Source of the DNA: Promethearchaeota archaeon
Lineage (GTDB): Archaea; Asgardarchaeota; Lokiarchaeia; Sigyniarchaeales; SOKP01
Length of the DNA stretch: 41,143 nt
Reading direction: 5' to 3'
Assembly: GCA_011364925.1 (NCBI GenBank)
Contig: RDOA01000031.1
Span: forward strand, 1-41,143
Shown here: positions 9,811 through 19,643 of the stretch, in pieces
How positions within the stretch are numbered: the first letter of the stretch is position 1
How the letters are laid out: each line of letters starts with the position of its first letter
Notes under the pieces: model-generated
What the model was told of the DNA's origin: nothing
Database searches by the model: none
The model's input: the letters and a program-made list of their open reading frames with translations, nothing else
Translations under genes and position numbers: made by a program

Positions 9811-11211
9811 CTAAGAACCTTCTACTTTATCGTGGTATTTATGCCTTAAAGTACTTGCTGCTAAAGTAAAGCGATTAAACAATCCTGCTGGATCTTTAAT
9901 GAATTCTAAAACTTCGTCAGGATCTTTGTCTTTACAGAGTGAACCCAAAGTGCTTATAAACTGCACACCAGCATCCTTTACGCCTGTAGTTGCTCCAAAA
10001 CATCCTAAACAAGGAGCATTGGCTTTATTTGGACAGATCGTGCCACAACCGGCTTGAGTAACTGGCCCTAAACAAACATACCCTTGTTCTAAAAAGCAAG
10101 TATCCATCGTCGATAATCCTTCGTAATCGCGTCTTAATTGAGCAGGTAGTTTATCGGTTATGTCTCGATCGCAATGGCTACATACGGATTTTGTACTAAA
10201 TTTGAAATTAGGATCGTCTCTTAATAAATATAACGCGAGACCAACTATATCGTCAATAATTTCGATTCCAGAGGGAGAAACATCAAGAGCAAATCTTCTA
10301 TCCTCTCCGATTAATACATCCTTTAACTTAAAACTCTTAGGCTCATAGGCTAATCTTTGTAGTATATCTCCACGAAAATAAAAGTTAGTAATGTTTGTTC
10401 CACCCAGAAATAAGTCCGAAAAATGTTGTAAGCTTGCAGCATGGTCTGGGCTTAATGAATGTTCATTGAATACAATTTCTCTTAATTGAATGACTTTTTC
10501 ACCAGGTTTATCCGTTGATTTGTAACAACCATAACAAATATCTCCTTTATTAGGGCACATCAAATCGCACCCCGCTGCTGTAATAGAACCGTAACATAAA
10601 ATATTTTGGTTCAAGAAGCAACCTTCCTCTTTTAAATTGCATGTATTGCAGACACACGCATTTTTATCGAGATTAGCTGGTTCTTCTCCGACTAATGTTA
10701 GCAAATATGAAATAGTAGCAATAATATTGTTAGTAGTTGGGGGACAACCAGGTATGAATACATCTACATTGATGAAATCATCGAGATTAACAATAAATTC
10801 CTCAAAACCAGGAAGATGGTTAGTTGGTTCTTTAGGATCTTCAGTAGTTATAGATTCCGTTTCCATAAATTTTCGATTGACAAGCTCTTCCTTATCGTAT
10901 AAGTTTGCTAAACCTGCGACGCTTCCATAACAGGGGCAGGCTCCAAACGCTACAATTATCTTACATTTCTTCCTCATGAGCTTGGCATTTTCAGTGTCTT
11001 TTTTAGTTCTTACGACGCCTTCAATAAATCCTATTATAATATCATTATCAGATCTTTCCTCGAGAGATGCTAACTTATTATCTACCACTGCTGGCCAATA
11101 AACAATATCTAATTGTGGTAAGATGGGCAGTAAACCTAAATGAGCGTTCAATAAACTCTGGTGACAGCCCCAACAACTGCTTAGCTGCATGAAAGCTACT
11201 TTTACAGGCAT
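9811..11211 (-). CDS. mvhG: MvhG-like [NiFe]-hydrogenase small subunit with duplicated C-terminal Fe-S module
   Basis: SSCWGC, IEG, GACPCYG, IPGCPP; two copies of CxxC...CFLxQxxxCxGxxTxAGCxxxCPNK..CxGC. Confidence 0.8.
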   Translation of the reverse strand: MPVKVAFMQLSSCWGCHQSLLNAHLGLLPILPQLDIVYWPAVVDNKLASLEERSDNDIIIGFIEGVVRTKKDTENAKLMRKKCKIIVAFGACPCYGSVAGLANLYDKEELVNRKFMETESITTEDPKEPTNHLPGFEEFIVNLDDFINVDVFIPGCPPTTNNIIATISYLLTLVGEEPANLDKNACVCNTCNLKEEGCFLNQNILCYGSITAAGCDLMCPNKGDICYGCYKSTDKPGEKVIQLREIVFNEHSLSPDHAASLQHFSDLFLGGTNITNFYFRGDILQRLAYEPKSFKLKDVLIGEDRRFALDVSPSGIEIIDDIVGLALYLLRDDPNFKFSTKSVCSHCDRDITDKLPAQLRRDYEGLSTMDTCFLEQGYVCLGPVTQAGCGTICPNKANAPCLGCFGATTGVKDAGVQFISTLGSLCKDKDPDEVLEFIKDPAGLFNRFTLAASTLRHKYHDKVEGS

Positions 11212-11304
11212 TTTTTTGTTCCTTTATTCAATATTATATCTTTTAAGTAATATTTATTCTAATTTAAAGTATTATCAATTGAATTAATGATAATTAGTCT
11301 TTGA

Positions 11305-11985
11305 TTACCCAGATTTTTGAGATCTTTTAAGGAGTTCAGACCAAAAAGGTTCCTTATATTCACCGGAATAGTTAATTTTATCTACTTTAACCTTAATTGC
11401 GCCAGACGAACACGCATTCTCACACGCGCCACATTTAACACAAGTGGCTCGCACGTTAAAATCTACCTTTCTTTTCTTACCTTTATCGCTTACTTTTTCT
11501 TCTTTGAAAAACGCCCCAGTTGGACATACTTCAAAACATGACATACAAGAAACGCATAAATCCCAATTAATCTTTACTTTCCCATCGACGTATACTTTTG
11601 CCATAGTACCCGATTTCTTACATTTGACTATTTGAGATTCTAATTTTGGCAAGACTTTTGCTTGAACAATTTCGATTTCTTCTAAAGGAACAGGTTTACC
11701 ATCTTTTTTCAATGTAATTGCTGAAAACGGGCACATATAAGCACAAGTTCCACAATAAGAGCATTTTTCTGCATCGGGGATGTCAGGATACATATCTTCT
11801 GTCTTTTTTTTGACTAAATTATGATGATATTGTTTTATAGCTTCTTGAGGACAGACTTTTGAACAAACATAACATCCAACGCACAAATCCTTATTAAATT
11901 CAATCGCTTGGTTTTTCGAATAGAAACTTAAAATTACTTCATTCTTATGATCGTTAACAATTCTTTCAACTCTAGGATAAGACAA
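11305..11985 (-). CDS. Polyferredoxin with four [4Fe-4S] motifs, resembling the N-terminal half of FwdF
   Basis: CVGCYVCSKVCP, CSYCGTCAYMCP, CVSCMSCFEVCP, CVKCGACENACS; FwdF-like CPFSAITLKKDG...PKL segment; TTG start. Confidence 0.8.
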   Translation of the reverse strand: MSYPRVERIVNDHKNEVILSFYSKNQAIEFNKDLCVGCYVCSKVCPQEAIKQYHHNLVKKKTEDMYPDIPDAEKCSYCGTCAYMCPFSAITLKKDGKPVPLEEIEIVQAKVLPKLESQIVKCKKSGTMAKVYVDGKVKINWDLCVSCMSCFEVCPTGAFFKEEKVSDKGKKRKVDFNVRATCVKCGACENACSSGAIKVKVDKINYSGEYKEPFWSELLKRSQKSG

Positions 11986-11987
11986 GT

Positions 11988-12413
11988 TTAATTACCTCTT
12001 CGTATTGGGTTAGGTCCTAACTCTTTAAGTTCTTTTGTGTATTCCTTAGCAACTTCAGTTAAGTAAACTCCTTCTGAAGCAGAAACAAATATGTATCTTG
12101 CTCTCTTGGGATTAATTCCAAACTGTTTTAAATACCTATGAAGTATAGGCATTTTTCGAACTGTTTTAAGGTTTCCTTCTATATAATGGCAATCTCCAGG
12201 GTGGCAATGGCTAATCAGTACACCATCCGCACCATTCATTAAAGCATTTATAATGAATTGGGGATCAATTCTTCCTCCACACATTACTCTCACAATTCGT
12301 AAATTTGCTGGGCGTTGCATTCGCGAAGTCCCAGCTCCATCTGCACCTGCATAAGAACACCAATTACAAAAAATTCCTAAAATATAAGGATCAAATGCTT
12401 CTGAACTACTCAA
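11988..12413 (-). CDS. mvhD: MvhD [2Fe-2S] subunit (copy 2)
   Basis: FCNWCSYAGAD, RVMCGGRID, HCHPGDCHY, VSASEG. Start reassigned from 12458 to the in-frame TTG at 12413, giving a short 8-nt overlap with the end of hdrA. Confidence 0.92.
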   Translation of the reverse strand: MSSSEAFDPYILGIFCNWCSYAGADGAGTSRMQRPANLRIVRVMCGGRIDPQFIINALMNGADGVLISHCHPGDCHYIEGNLKTVRKMPILHRYLKQFGINPKRARYIFVSASEGVYLTEVAKEYTKELKELGPNPIRRGN

Positions 12414-14433
12414 CTTCAACTTCCTCTTTTTCTGGTTTCTTAGGAATAGCGGTTTCAATCATGGGTAATATCTGTGCATCGCCAAAATGGTTTTGAATAA
12501 TCGCTTTAGAAGGGCAGCCTGCTACGCAAGTACCGCAACCTTTACACAAGATATCATTTATTTCAGCCACGTTTTCAATTTCGTTGAAGGTTATGGCATT
12601 AAAAGGACATAAACTAATACATGATTTGCACCCTGCGCATTTATGACTTAAAACTATTGAGTAATAAGGAACAATCTCAACCTCACCTCGTGCCATTAAG
12701 GTTGAAGCGCTAGAAGCAGCAGCCTTAGCTTGAGCAACAGTATCGGGAATATCTTTTGGTCCAACAACATTTCCAGCAACAAAAATACCTTCAGTTAGTG
12801 TATCAACTGGGCGTAATTTAGGATGAGCTTCCATTAAGAATCCATCTTCTGTTTTAGTTGCTGTTACATTAAAAATTCGAGCTATATCATCGATATCTTC
12901 TCGAGGTTCTAAACCGACTGACAATACAACCATATCTACTTCTAGCTCTAATGGTCTTTGTAACGTGGTGTCTTCAGCTCGTACGATGACATTTCCATTC
13001 TCTGCTTCCAATAATTCTGCAACTCTTCCTCTGATGAACTTAATTCCATAATTTTTAGCCGTGTCGTTGTAAAACTCTTCGTATCCTTTTCCAAATGCTC
13101 TAAGATCAATATAGAAAATAAATATTTGCGCATCGGGATGTTTTTCTTTGTAGGAACGAGCTTGTTTTGTAGCATACATGCAACAGACTCGGGAACAATA
13201 TTTTCTTCCTTTTCCAGTAAACTCACGGCTCCCAACGCATTGTACCCACACAAGTTTTTTTGGTTCTTTTTGATCTGAAGGTCTTCTCACCTTTCCTCCA
13301 GTTGGACCGTATGAGGAAAGTAATCGTTCCATCTGAAGTGCGTTTATTACATTTTTTATTCTTCCAAATCCATATTGTTTCATTCGTCTAGCATCGTAAG
13401 GATCGTATCCTGTCGCTAATATAATAGTTCCAACCTTTATATCTACATATTCGGGTTTATCGTTATATCTTACTGATTTTGTAGGACACACTTCCTTACA
13501 AATCCCACACCGGATACAATGGTTCATGTCGATTGTATATTGACCTGGGACTGCTTGAGGAAAAGATAAATAAATCGCTTTTCTTGGTTTCATCCCTAAA
13601 TCGAATTCGTTTCCACACACTACAGGACAAGTGTCTACACAATGTCCACAACCTGTACACGTATCCTGATCGATATAATGGGGATATTTAACGATTTTAA
13701 CTTGAAAATTACCTACATAGCCATCGAGTGATACAACCTCAGAATAAGTCATCAACTCGATATTTGGATTACGTGCTATTTCGCTCATTTTAGGAGTTGT
13801 AATACAGGATGAACAATCCATAGTTGGAAATGTTTTATCAAGTTGAGCCATATGACCCCCTACCGTAGGTGATTTATCAACTAAGTAAACTTTGTATCCT
13901 GAATTTGCCAAATCCAAAGCTGCGTTAATTCCAGCTATACCTGCTCCAACAACTAATGTAGAAGGTTCTACTTTTACAGTCGTAACTTCTAACGGCTTAA
14001 GCTCACTAACTTTCGCTACAGCCATCCTTATGTGGTCTTTTGCTATTTCAGTAGCTCCAGGAACATCGTTCATAGTTACCCACGTGCAGTGTTCCCGTAT
14101 ATTAGCTTGTTCGAAAAGGAACTTGTTTAGACCACCTTCTTCACATGCTCGCCTAAAAGTTTCTTCGTGCATTCTTGGAGAACAAGAAGCTACTACGACT
14201 CTATTAATTTTTCCATCTTTGATATCTTCCATAATCATGCCTTGTCCGATATCTGAGCACATGAATTTGTATTCGCTCGCAAGTACAACATAGGGCAAAG
14301 TTCTTGCGTAATCACACAATTTTGGAACATCTACGACACCCCCAATATTAACTCCACACCAGCAGATATAAACTCCAATTTTAGGGGGTTCTCTCCCATT
14401 GAGTTCAGCTAGATTCTTAACTTTTGTTACCAT
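12406..14433 (-). CDS. hdrA: Heterodisulfide reductase subunit A (copy 2)
   Basis: VYICWCG, SCSPRMHE, NIREHC, GAGIAG, LDKTFPTMDCSSC, QCVGSR, YCSRVCCMY, GPKDIP and ferredoxin motifs. Confidence 0.97.
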   Translation of the reverse strand: MVTKVKNLAELNGREPPKIGVYICWCGVNIGGVVDVPKLCDYARTLPYVVLASEYKFMCSDIGQGMIMEDIKDGKINRVVVASCSPRMHEETFRRACEEGGLNKFLFEQANIREHCTWVTMNDVPGATEIAKDHIRMAVAKVSELKPLEVTTVKVEPSTLVVGAGIAGINAALDLANSGYKVYLVDKSPTVGGHMAQLDKTFPTMDCSSCITTPKMSEIARNPNIELMTYSEVVSLDGYVGNFQVKIVKYPHYIDQDTCTGCGHCVDTCPVVCGNEFDLGMKPRKAIYLSFPQAVPGQYTIDMNHCIRCGICKEVCPTKSVRYNDKPEYVDIKVGTIILATGYDPYDARRMKQYGFGRIKNVINALQMERLLSSYGPTGGKVRRPSDQKEPKKLVWVQCVGSREFTGKGRKYCSRVCCMYATKQARSYKEKHPDAQIFIFYIDLRAFGKGYEEFYNDTAKNYGIKFIRGRVAELLEAENGNVIVRAEDTTLQRPLELEVDMVVLSVGLEPREDIDDIARIFNVTATKTEDGFLMEAHPKLRPVDTLTEGIFVAGNVVGPKDIPDTVAQAKAAASSASTLMARGEVEIVPYYSIVLSHKCAGCKSCISLCPFNAITFNEIENVAEINDILCKGCGTCVAGCPSKAIIQNHFGDAQILPMIETAIPKKPEKEEVEVE

Positions 14434-14448
14434 ATTTATATACCTTCT

Positions 14449-15402
14449 TTAAGCAGAATCTCCTATTTTAGTTAATACAGGTTTCATGGGTGTAAATGGA
14501 GGTACTCCTTTTAACTCTGGGCTTTTAATTAGGCCCATTTCTTCTGGAGTCATACCTATTGCTAATCCTATTAGTTGAGTAAAATAAAGAACTGGAATAT
14601 TAAAAGGAGCACTGATTTTATCTTTAAAAATATTATTTACTTCCACTTGTCCTAAGTCGAATTGAAGGTGACAAAAAGGACAACCAGTTATTATTACATC
14701 TGCTTTAGCAGCGGTCATATTTTCCAGTTTTTCTCGGGTATAATCGAGGGATAGTTCTTTGAAAGCACCTCTCACTCCACCACCCGCACCACAACACATA
14801 AATTTATCTTTATAATTTAGACTTTTACATCCCGAAATTTCTACTAATTCGTCAAAAAACGTTGGATTCTCGCATTCCATATCCCAAGGTCTTAATTTAG
14901 CAGGTTTTGTGAGATGGCAACCGTAATGAACAGCAAGATTTAGATTTAGTGGTGTTTTTCTCCCGTATTTTGTTCTATTTCTTATTTTTTCGGGACCGAT
15001 ATCGTGATACATAATATCGACAACATGTCGGATTTCGATAGTTCCTTTAAATTCACGCCCGATTTTTGCGAGATGTTCGTTAACTTTTCTTCTTTTTTCC
15101 TTGTCCTCTTTTAATGTATGATTTACTTCGAGTAAACTTCCATAACACCCGTTACACATTAACGCGATATCTAAACCGAGCTCTTCGGCAATCGTTATAT
15201 TTCTTGCTCCTACAACAAGCCATGTTTCGATATCAAATCCTCGGAATACGCCAGGAGCAGGACAGCATGACGCTCCTTTCATATCCACCAATTCTATTTT
15301 AAATTTTTCGAAAACAGCTCTAGTTGCTCTTTCAATAAAAGGGTATCTATTAGGGATAACACACCCTAAAAATAATGCAAATTTTGAGTCATTACTAGCC
15401 AT
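14449..15402 (-). CDS. hdrB: Heterodisulfide reductase subunit B (copy 2)
   Basis: LFLGC, SCCPAPG, CNGC, HYGCH, CCGAGGG, CPFCHLQFD. Confidence 0.96.
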   Translation of the reverse strand: MASNDSKFALFLGCVIPNRYPFIERATRAVFEKFKIELVDMKGASCCPAPGVFRGFDIETWLVVGARNITIAEELGLDIALMCNGCYGSLLEVNHTLKEDKEKRRKVNEHLAKIGREFKGTIEIRHVVDIMYHDIGPEKIRNRTKYGRKTPLNLNLAVHYGCHLTKPAKLRPWDMECENPTFFDELVEISGCKSLNYKDKFMCCGAGGGVRGAFKELSLDYTREKLENMTAAKADVIITGCPFCHLQFDLGQVEVNNIFKDKISAPFNIPVLYFTQLIGLAIGMTPEEMGLIKSPELKGVPPFTPMKPVLTKIGDSA

Positions 15403-15407
15403 AATTA

Positions 15408-15980
15408 TTAACTTTCCTCTTCACCTTTTTTTTTTTCGTAATCACCTACTCCTGTTAGCTTATCAAATTCCGTACTCTTTAAAAGAGTTTGAATTTCTTT
15501 TTCTGCTTCAGGATATTGGTGCGTAGTTGGTGGAAGTTCATTTAACTTATGATATTCCCGCAATTTTTTCCATTTTTCTTCGTTAATAGGAACACCATGT
15601 CCTGTGTTGTAAAACATTTTACAGAGCGCGATATGAGGTTCTTGCATATACCCTTCTTTGACTGCCAAATTTCTAAGAGAAATTATAACATCCGTAACAG
15701 GTACACCACGAGGACATCTTTCCAAGCATGTATAGCAAGTGCTACAGAACCATAACTCTTTATCTGAAAGTATTTCTTCTTTTAATCCTAGCTGTACTTT
15801 TTTCATTAAAGATCTTGTTCTAGAAGCAGTTCTTCTTCCACTTGGACAACTGCCAGTGCAAGTTCCACATTGAATGCACGCACATAACTCTAAATAACCA
15901 GCGTCCCTTAGTAATCTAGTGAGATCATCACTCACATATGTAATCTTTTCTGGTTTGATATTTTCCATTACACTTTCCAC
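15408..15980 (-). CDS. hdrC: Heterodisulfide reductase subunit C (copy 2)
   Basis: CIQCGTCTGSCPSGRRT and WFCSTCYTCLERCPR. GTG start, or ATG at 15968. Confidence 0.95.
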   Translation of the reverse strand: MESVMENIKPEKITYVSDDLTRLLRDAGYLELCACIQCGTCTGSCPSGRRTASRTRSLMKKVQLGLKEEILSDKELWFCSTCYTCLERCPRGVPVTDVIISLRNLAVKEGYMQEPHIALCKMFYNTGHGVPINEEKWKKLREYHKLNELPPTTHQYPEAEKEIQTLLKSTEFDKLTGVGDYEKKKGEEES

Positions 15981-16233
15981 CCAATTTCCTAATCTAAAAA
16001 AAAACTAAATCTTATAAGATATAACAATTATAAGTATTAACTTACAGTTTTAGGCGTTTAATTAAGGATAGGTATGAAATTTAATAAAGTCTTTTTTTAT
16101 TAATTATAACTCAAAGTTGTGAATTTCTAATCACAAATAATTCAGGTATTGATCAATTTCGAATAAAAAATATAAAGAAGATAATCGTAATACGCAATTA
16201 TGTCAGAAATAACTCTTGAAAAAAAATATGTTT

Positions 16234-16461
16234 TTACTGATTTTTTTTAGCGAGTTCTTTTAAAAACTCTCTTTGCTTTTCTTCTGACAAAAATGCTAAT
16301 TCATCTTTTACTTCTTTGAGCTCATCTTTCGAGAGATTTAAGTTTAATAACTGTTCTCTAACATCTTTAGGTAAAACAGTAAATATTCTGTGGAAATATT
16401 TTTTTATTACATCTAACTTTTCAAATCCACCATTTTCATCGTTAACTATGCGCATCACCAA
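16234..16461 (-). CDS. Small helical hypothetical protein
   Basis: 75-aa ORF filling the gap between the kinase and hdrC on the same strand; charged amphipathic-helix composition. Confidence 0.6.
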   Translation of the reverse strand: MVMRIVNDENGGFEKLDVIKKYFHRIFTVLPKDVREQLLNLNLSKDELKEVKDELAFLSEEKQREFLKELAKKNQ

Positions 16462-16530
16462 CAGAAAATTTTTATTTCTATCAATGTAAGAAAGAGATTA
16501 GTAGTTATTAAAAAATGTGGAGTCCAACCT

Positions 16531-19407
16531 TTAATGATCGATAATAGGCAAAGAGAAGAAAAAGGTGGATCCTTTATTTCTTCCTTCCGATTCTACCCAT
16601 ATCTTTCCTTCGTGAAGCGTAATCAATTCTTTAGAGATATACAATCCGAGTCCTGTTCCTTCGATGCCTACATCCCAGCCCTGACCATATCGTTCAATTT
16701 TCCCAAACTGAGTAAAGAGTTGAGATTTCTCTTTTTTAGTTAAGCCAATCCCGTTATCTTTTATCGAAATAATATAATATCCGCCTTTCTGACTTGAATC
16801 TATCGTAATTGTTCCTCCAATGGGAGTGTATTTTATAGCATTGATTAGTAGGTTTGAAATGACCATAGATATTTTCTCTTTATCAAATACAGTATACAAG
16901 TTTTCTTTCACATTAATTTTGATGTTTTGTTCTCTTAAGTCAGATTTACCTCGTAACTCTTTTACGCAGTACTTTATTAAAAAAGAAAGATTTTCTCGTT
17001 GCGTTTTTAATTTCAGTAATCCTTGTTCTAATTGCGAACTATCAACGAGCGAATTAATATAATCTTCAAGACGCTTACTCCCGCTTTTAATTTCTTTTAG
17101 GATTGATTTTACATCCTCATCTAATTTATCAGAGTGTAACTTTAGTAATAATTCTGTGAATCCCTTAATAGATATTAGAGGGGTCTTCAATTCGTGAGAT
17201 GTTCGGGAGAAGAGGTCGCTTTTTAGTTTGTTAATTTCGCTTAACATCCTATTTTGCTCTTCTAAGTGTTGCTGAGATTTCCATCTTCTCTGTTCAATTT
17301 CGAGAGCATCACATATTAAAAAAAGAACTAACTTATTTTGATTAGAAATAGTAGGATTTTCGGTAAATAACACGCATAACAAATCGTTTAGATCGTTTCC
17401 TGATAATATTAATTTACCATAACAAGCTCTAATTTTGTATTCTTTAATAAATGGATCAGTTTCGGCGTATTTCGTCTTATTAATATCATAAAATTCTTGA
17501 GTAAAATCGTGATTTTCGTAAAATAACTGACTTACAAATAAATCGCGCGTGAATTCTTCAGAATTATAAATTTTAACATTCCCCTTGTTCGACATAACTC
17601 TGTAGTGTTCCTCCTCCTCATCGTCATCTTCATCTATAATTTTATTAATATAAAGAACAATTTCACCGTGAAGTAGTTTAAGACATGTTTTCAGGAGCAA
17701 TTCTATGTTTTGCTGAGTATCCGCGGTATAATTTAGAAAGTTGATGTTAAGTTCGTAAATTAATTCTTCGTACAATTTTTTTTCTGTTACGTCTTCCAAC
17801 CACAATCTAAAGCTAATCAAATTACCTTCTTCGTTGTATTGGTTTAATCTTTTACCTTGGAGCCACTTTATTTTCCCTTGTTTCGTAACAATTCTAAACT
17901 CTGTTTCTTTACCCTCTTCCGAGTTTAGTAATTTTAGCAGATCATCTGGATGGATAATTTCGTTTAAGAGTTTCTTGTTAACAACGCTAATATCTTCATA
18001 ACCTATAAATTCTAATAGCTTAGGATTAAGATAGGAAATGCTATTTTTTTCTAACTCAATCTCTAATATTCCAATAGTAGATGTCTCCAGCAAATCTCGT
18101 AATTTTTCTTCAGAATCTTTAATTCTTTGTTCAGCTAACTCCCTTTCCGTAATATCCTCTACAGTGAAAATAATGTTATCAATTTCGCCATCATCACCAA
18201 GGAGGGGCGTTCCATTAATTGATATTAGAATGAACTTCTTGTTAGGAAGTATCATTGTAGCTCTATAATCGAATATAGGTTGTTTGGACTTTATAATAAC
18301 CTGAAACGGTAATTGATCTATAGGAATTACTTTTCCATTAAGATCACGGAATTCAAAATTTGAAGTTACTATGTTCAATTGAAAGAGTTCTGATTTGGGA
18401 GATCTCAAAACTCTTTCAGCTTGCGAATTTGCATAGGTTATATATCCCGTTTTATCGACTGATAAAATCCCAGCAGGATTCGTTTCCATTATACGTTCTA
18501 ATCGATCGTGTTGCTTTTGAAGGTCTTCTTCTGTTTTCTTTCTTTCTGTTATGTCTTCAAATGTAATGAGAAGACCAGCGACATTACCGTCAGAATTTAG
18601 TAAGGGAATTCTATTTATATCGATCCAAATGATTTCACCGTTTCTAAGAGCCAAGGTTTCAACACTATGAAAAACAGCTTTATTAGAACGAATAACCCTA
18701 CTTTCTTGTTGTCGGTTATATCCTATTTGCATTTTATCCCAGAGTAAATCTTCGTCTGTTTTATCAATTATGTTCTCGGGATGTTCAATTCCTATTAAAT
18801 GTGCATAATTATCATTACATCCTAAATAGCTTAAATCTATGTCTTTCCAAATTATATATTGTGGAATGTTTTCCATTACCATTTGAAGCATTTCGTAGGA
18901 GCTTTGTAAAGCTTCTTCGTATTTTTTCGGATTGAAGAGTTTCCAAAAACGGATTTCCGGTATAGTATCAGTAATTTTCTTAAACCGATCTTCAGTATCT
19001 TTTAGATTTACTTCAATTTTTTTCTGTTTTGAGATATCTTTTAGAATAAGCAAAATTTTCCAGTTACCTTCTTCATCAACAAATTTCTTGGCTTTGATTT
19101 CTGCCCATATTTCTTCGTTTTTTAACGATGAAAGTCTAACTTCTTGCGAGTTTCCCGAAATGTCTACTCCTTTTTTAAGAAACTTAATAATTTTCTTAAC
19201 ATCATCAAGTGAGATGATGTCTATAAATGGCTTTCCGGTCAATTCTGTGCCTGAATAACCTAGTCTTTCTAATAATGAACATTTATTTATTAGATCAATA
19301 GTGAAATCTTCGTTCTGATCGACTCTAACCACTAAATCGTTGGAAATTTCCATGAAAATTTCAAATTGATTCTTGGTTTTTTCTGGTTCGTGTTCATCAG
19401 AAATCAT
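16531..19407 (-). CDS. Soluble multi-PAS (plus GAF-like) sensor histidine kinase
   Basis: About four PAS/PAC units ending in DISKQK, DITERK, DITERE and DVTEKK; H-box SHELKTPL; NLLINAIKY, DNGIG, GTGLGL, GSTF; no TM segment. Confidence 0.93.
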   Translation of the reverse strand: MISDEHEPEKTKNQFEIFMEISNDLVVRVDQNEDFTIDLINKCSLLERLGYSGTELTGKPFIDIISLDDVKKIIKFLKKGVDISGNSQEVRLSSLKNEEIWAEIKAKKFVDEEGNWKILLILKDISKQKKIEVNLKDTEDRFKKITDTIPEIRFWKLFNPKKYEEALQSSYEMLQMVMENIPQYIIWKDIDLSYLGCNDNYAHLIGIEHPENIIDKTDEDLLWDKMQIGYNRQQESRVIRSNKAVFHSVETLALRNGEIIWIDINRIPLLNSDGNVAGLLITFEDITERKKTEEDLQKQHDRLERIMETNPAGILSVDKTGYITYANSQAERVLRSPKSELFQLNIVTSNFEFRDLNGKVIPIDQLPFQVIIKSKQPIFDYRATMILPNKKFILISINGTPLLGDDGEIDNIIFTVEDITERELAEQRIKDSEEKLRDLLETSTIGILEIELEKNSISYLNPKLLEFIGYEDISVVNKKLLNEIIHPDDLLKLLNSEEGKETEFRIVTKQGKIKWLQGKRLNQYNEEGNLISFRLWLEDVTEKKLYEELIYELNINFLNYTADTQQNIELLLKTCLKLLHGEIVLYINKIIDEDDDEEEEHYRVMSNKGNVKIYNSEEFTRDLFVSQLFYENHDFTQEFYDINKTKYAETDPFIKEYKIRACYGKLILSGNDLNDLLCVLFTENPTISNQNKLVLFLICDALEIEQRRWKSQQHLEEQNRMLSEINKLKSDLFSRTSHELKTPLISIKGFTELLLKLHSDKLDEDVKSILKEIKSGSKRLEDYINSLVDSSQLEQGLLKLKTQRENLSFLIKYCVKELRGKSDLREQNIKINVKENLYTVFDKEKISMVISNLLINAIKYTPIGGTITIDSSQKGGYYIISIKDNGIGLTKKEKSQLFTQFGKIERYGQGWDVGIEGTGLGLYISKELITLHEGKIWVESEGRNKGSTFFFSLPIIDH

Positions 19408-19643
19408 TTATAATACCCTGTCAGTACCGACAAATAGAAATTTACTACATACGTCGTAAATTCTTTCTAATAGTGAAGTGAAGATACTTCTATTTATATA
19501 TTTAGTAAATTTTGGGGTTTTATTTGTTATCGTTTTTTCATGGTTTCACTACAAATATATTATTATACTCATTATTTAATATCAGAATTGATATAATTTG
19601 ATTAAAGTGAAAAGTTCTAGTCAAAGTATTAGGAGATGATTTT

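Noticed and set aside
12414-12458. Basic N-terminal extension of MvhD copy 2 (MKPLFLRNQKKRKLK)
   Set aside because: Alternate-frame read of the hdrA 3' end; an in-frame TTG at 12413 gives a normal-length MvhD.
2230-13870. Near-identical DNA stretches in the two hdrA genes as a recent duplication or assembly artefact
   Set aside because: Identity is limited to conserved motifs (e.g. HMAQLDKTFPTMDC), with synonymous differences. The rest is well diverged, consistent with old paralogues.
404-14433. Selenocysteine recoding in HdrA/MvhD (known selenoprotein families in some archaea)
   Set aside because: Both hdrA and both mvhD copies are uninterrupted and have Cys codons at the relevant motifs (TMDCSSC, CNWC, RVxC, DCHY). 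There is no in-frame TGA, so no SECIS is claimed.
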